A stretch of DNA of 64,000 nt from Gammaproteobacteria bacterium (GTDB taxonomy: Bacteria > Pseudomonadota > Gammaproteobacteria > GRL18), in contig JBHNNM010000002.1 of the NCBI GenBank assembly GCA_048563625.1, positions 5,483 to 69,482 on the forward strand. Reading direction: 5' to 3'. The notes beneath the pieces were generated by a model. The model was not told where the DNA came from. It searched no databases and saw nothing but the letters and a program-made list of their open reading frames with translations. Within the stretch, counting starts at the first letter, position 1, and every line of letters starts with the position of its first letter. The translations under genes and the position numbers were made by a program. Below are positions 61,033-64,000 of this stretch, piece by piece.

Positions 61033-63903
61033 CTAATCCTGAGACGATCCGGCCAGCAGCATCAGATACATCAGGCTGAGATATTCATTGCAGCGCCGTT
61101 TGTCATGGTTGCCAAGGGCCTCGTGCAGCAGCTTCATTGCCTGTGTCCGCATCCCGTCTTTCATCATGGCCAGCACCTCGCTGGTCCGTTTCATCAGGGC
61201 GGAAATGATCAGGTCCCGGTTGCGCTGCAGGGCGGAAATCACCTCCGACTCAATGAAACAGTCGTTCCCCTGATTGCCGATATCGAAATTGATTACAAAG
61301 CTGCGGGACTGGATTTCGGACAGCTCCCCGCACAACGGCTCAATGCCGGTGGTGTTCAGCAGGCATTTGGTCCGTTCGGTCACCGTCTCACTGTCGGTGC
61401 CGCTCTTGCGTTTCTCTTTGGCAATACCGGTGATACTGGTCAGCATGAAAGTAGTCAGATCCTCGGTCATCTGTTTGACCTCGATATTGTCGAGGACGAT
61501 AAGCGGATTCTGGGAACCGTCGGTGTAGTTGGCCGCATCAGTGGCTTTCTTGTGTTGGGGCTCACCGTAAAGCAGTGCCGAAATCAGCTTGCTGGCCGTG
61601 GTCTTAGCCGAACCGGCCGATCCTTCAAAACGGGTCATGGGCCGGGTTCCGGAAAAATCGATCAGCAGAAAACAGGTCAGCCAGGACAGAATCAGAAAAC
61701 GGTCTCCTTGCGAGCAGGTCATATTGTTGATCAAAAGGTCTACCAGCAGCTTGTCGGCTTCCTCCGGAGAGGCATCCTTCAGAAACTTCAACGGGTTCAT
61801 CTTGCGGGAGCCGTCGAGAATGATTCCGTCGGCGTTTCCACCGTTCTTCAGAATCTCGATGCCATCGGGTGTGATCCGGGCTATCTCATGATCCTGATTG
61901 TTCAGGTTGAAATAGACCGTGAAATTGGAATTGTCCGAATGGAGCCACGAGAAATGATCGCGCACCTGACCTCGAATCATCGCGAGACTGGGCAATACAT
62001 CGAAAAAGGTACGACCGCCGTTGGATGTCGGAACCATACCGGTGTGTTTGTAGAGCATGGCCGCGTACTGTCTCTTGCGCCCACGGTCGGGCGAATCCAT
62101 CCAGTAGATGGAGTTGTCGAAATACATAAACGGCTCACCGGTCTGGGTGTGAAAGAACTGGGCTCCGTTGGCGGTAAACCAGTCATAGGCCGCTTCGGCT
62201 GCTGCAGTGTAATCCGGAGCACCGTTTTCCAGCTCCGTATCGATCAGCACCTCATCGACCCGGGCGCGACAGGAACCGGGCGGTGATCCGCTCAGGCGTT
62301 TGGCTTTCTTCTTTTCTTTCTTGGCATTGTCCCGTCGGTTCTGCTGAACAGAGCGTACCTCTTCCTTGAGGGTCGCCATTGGAACCGCTTTACCCAGCCG
62401 TTCCTGAACCAGTTTCAGCAGACGGCTTTGCTCCAGCGGTGAATGAGCCGAAATTTCGGCCAGAACCGACTCGAGCTGGCGGTTTCTCTCTTCCTCCGGG
62501 GCATCCTCGGGCAGACTTTGAATGCCGAACTCCACCGGCGTACAGGCCGCAGAAAGCAGCCCCTCAAATTCAGCCTTACCATTGCCGGATGCAAAGAAAT
62601 CGTTCACATCGATCTTGGCGTTGGCCAGCAAGGTTTCAGCCTCCCGGATATCCTCGGCAGAATGGCCTTCGAGTAATTTGGCCAATTCCCGGGGACCGAC
62701 GGCTGCCGTCAGGTTGTACCGCTCCTGCAGTTCCTGACGCGCCTGCTGCTGGGGCTTATTCAGAGGGATGGTAACCAGCTTCGTATCAATCTTGTGTTCG
62801 GCCAGCGTGCGAGCAGTCTGCAAGGCTCCCTTGAGCCCGGCCTCCGATATTTCATTGTCCTGACAGATATAGACGGTCTTGAGCCCGCGCATCTTCGGGA
62901 CCAGACGTTCCCAGTCTGCGGCTCTGATTCTTATCGTCACAGGAGAGAGCGCGGGAAATCCCTGCTGCATCAGAGCGATGCAATCTGTCACGCCTTCGGT
63001 AATGATGATGTGATCGGGCTTGCCCAGCAGGCAGTCCTCATTGAACAGCACCGCATTGTTGATGAAGCGGGCAACATAAGGACGCTGGTGTTCGTCGTGA
63101 ACCGGAAGCTTCTTGTACTTTCCCTGTTCCCAGTTCACGTCCGGTGTCCACGGTGTCTTGCGGCCGATCATGAACACGACACGGCCACGGCTCCAGTATG
63201 GAAAGATGATGCGTTTCTCAAAAAACGGATTCAATCCATCCTGACTGGTCGGGCGAAAGGCACCTGTAGCGGAAAGTTCCCGTTTGCTGAAGCCATGTTC
63301 GTCTGAACGCAGAGCTGAAATGACACCTGATTCATTGTCGGCAAAGCCGATCAGCAGGTCGTCGATGGTCTCATCACTGATGGCGTACTTTTCCTTCAGC
63401 CAGGTCAGCGCTTCCTGATTTTCCTTGAGCCGCTGGTGATAGTAGCGGGCCAGTTCGGTCAGGGCATCTTTTACCCGGATCTCGAACGATCGATCATTTT
63501 CCGTCTGCTCCAAGCGTTCCTGCGTGAGCCCATAACGCGACAACGGCGGCATCCCGGCTTTTCCAGCAAGGAAATCACGGGCCTGCCGATGGCTATCGGG
63601 CATGGGACCGGATTGACCGGCCGTAACCGTTCCCGATTGAATAAACTCGACGAGCTGGAGGATATCTCCGCCCACACCGCAACCGAAACAATACCAGCCC
63701 TGTTTGTCGAGCATCACATGAAGCGAGCGACGGGACTGGCTCTGATGGTGCGGACAATCGCACTGGAGACGCTGCCGGGATTCCTGTGTGATCCTTCCTG
63801 CCAGAAGATCCCTTGCCACATCTCCGATATCGAGCTCGGTTATCAGACGGTAGTATTCTCTGACATTATCTGAACCGCCCATGCTCATAATGCCCCCGCA
63901 CAA
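61033..63903 (-). CDS. Phage/plasmid primase-helicase (CHC2 zinc finger + Toprim + P-loop NTPase)
   Basis: CDCPHHQSQSRRSLHV...WYCFGCGVGGD (CHC2 finger). HIIITEGVTDCIAL and YICQDNE (Toprim). GSAGSAKTT (P-loop). Start is at one of the ATGs at 63882-63903. Confidence 0.8.
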   Translation of the reverse strand: MCGGIMSMGGSDNVREYYRLITELDIGDVARDLLAGRITQESRQRLQCDCPHHQSQSRRSLHVMLDKQGWYCFGCGVGGDILQLVEFIQSGTVTAGQSGPMPDSHRQARDFLAGKAGMPPLSRYGLTQERLEQTENDRSFEIRVKDALTELARYYHQRLKENQEALTWLKEKYAISDETIDDLLIGFADNESGVISALRSDEHGFSKRELSATGAFRPTSQDGLNPFFEKRIIFPYWSRGRVVFMIGRKTPWTPDVNWEQGKYKKLPVHDEHQRPYVARFINNAVLFNEDCLLGKPDHIIITEGVTDCIALMQQGFPALSPVTIRIRAADWERLVPKMRGLKTVYICQDNEISEAGLKGALQTARTLAEHKIDTKLVTIPLNKPQQQARQELQERYNLTAAVGPRELAKLLEGHSAEDIREAETLLANAKIDVNDFFASGNGKAEFEGLLSAACTPVEFGIQSLPEDAPEEERNRQLESVLAEISAHSPLEQSRLLKLVQERLGKAVPMATLKEEVRSVQQNRRDNAKKEKKKAKRLSGSPPGSCRARVDEVLIDTELENGAPDYTAAAEAAYDWFTANGAQFFHTQTGEPFMYFDNSIYWMDSPDRGRKRQYAAMLYKHTGMVPTSNGGRTFFDVLPSLAMIRGQVRDHFSWLHSDNSNFTVYFNLNNQDHEIARITPDGIEILKNGGNADGIILDGSRKMNPLKFLKDASPEEADKLLVDLLINNMTCSQGDRFLILSWLTCFLLIDFSGTRPMTRFEGSAGSAKTTASKLISALLYGEPQHKKATDAANYTDGSQNPLIVLDNIEVKQMTEDLTTFMLTSITGIAKEKRKSGTDSETVTERTKCLLNTTGIEPLCGELSEIQSRSFVINFDIGNQGNDCFIESEVISALQRNRDLIISALMKRTSEVLAMMKDGMRTQAMKLLHEALGNHDKRRCNEYLSLMYLMLLAGSSQD

Positions 63904-64000
63904 GCTGACTGCTCTTCAGAGCAATTCACATTGTTCAACAGAATGGATAGAAAGGTCTTACGGTCATCCACCTGACATTTCTTTGCGCAATTGCGGATGC

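Larger units (their letters stand above)
19644..64000. mobile_element. Contractile-tailed temperate phage (prophage or phage-plasmid); left end near 19.4-19.9 kb, right end beyond the window
   Basis: Continuous minus-strand run of tail fibre, baseplate, spike, hub, TMP, tube, sheath, connector, capsid, MuF, portal, TerL, recombinase, Mor-like and primase-helicase genes. Confidence 0.85.

Noticed and set aside
56635-63903. Mu-like transposable phage (because of the Mor-like activator)
   Set aside because: No transposase (MuA/MuB-like) genes are in the window. Replication functions are a primase-helicase with iteron-like repeats, and a tyrosine recombinase is present.
1-64000. CRISPR arrays, tRNA/tmRNA or rRNA genes
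   Set aside because: Scanning by eye found no regularly spaced direct repeats with unique spacers and no T-loop-type GGTTCGAATCC-like elements in intergenic DNA. The only repeat fields are the short binding-site-like motifs reported above. A tRNAscan or CRISPR finder should confirm this.

Overview
The window has two parts, and almost every gene is on the minus strand. (1) Positions 1-19.4 kb form a tightly packed, co-directional defence island. It contains sbcC (partial) and sbcD, with an RloC-like anticodon nuclease overlapping the sbcD start. Next come a three-gene ABC-3C-type system (Cap4/DUF4297-like nuclease effector, middle component, DUF3732-like ABC ATPase) and a DarT-like ADP-ribosyltransferase followed by an ADP-ribosylglycohydrolase-VOC fusion and preceded by a frameshifted SF1 helicase. 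A complete Type I R-M operon (hsdM-hsdS-hsdR) headed by a small HTH gene closes the island. (2) Positions 19.6-64 kb are most of a contractile-tailed temperate phage, either a prophage or a phage-plasmid. It carries the tail fibre/baseplate, PAAR and gp5/VgrG-like spike, hub, tape measure, a chaperone with a -1 frameshift, tube, sheath, head-tail connectors and the capsid. It also carries a Dam-like methyltransferase fused in frame to a protease/scaffold gene, MuF, portal, TerL, a plus-strand tyrosine-recombinase cassette, a Mor-like activator, a repeat-rich regulatory/ori-like region, an AbiL-like (AAA ATPase + RloB) moron and a primase-helicase. Five points deserve a second look. (a) In-frame TAG codons split a conserved spike protein and an RloB-like protein, and join the primase-helicase to the next ORF. 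(b) A 33-bp motif is conserved seven times in front of phage operons. (c) The DarT-like/ARH-VOC/helicase module sits inside the R-M operon. (d) The methyltransferase-protease-scaffold fusion suggests a capsid-packaged enzyme. (e) Several frame disruptions, some at short homopolymer runs, may be assembly errors. All family assignments come from motif recognition by eye; no HMM or BLAST searches were run. I saw no rRNA, tRNA or CRISPR array.
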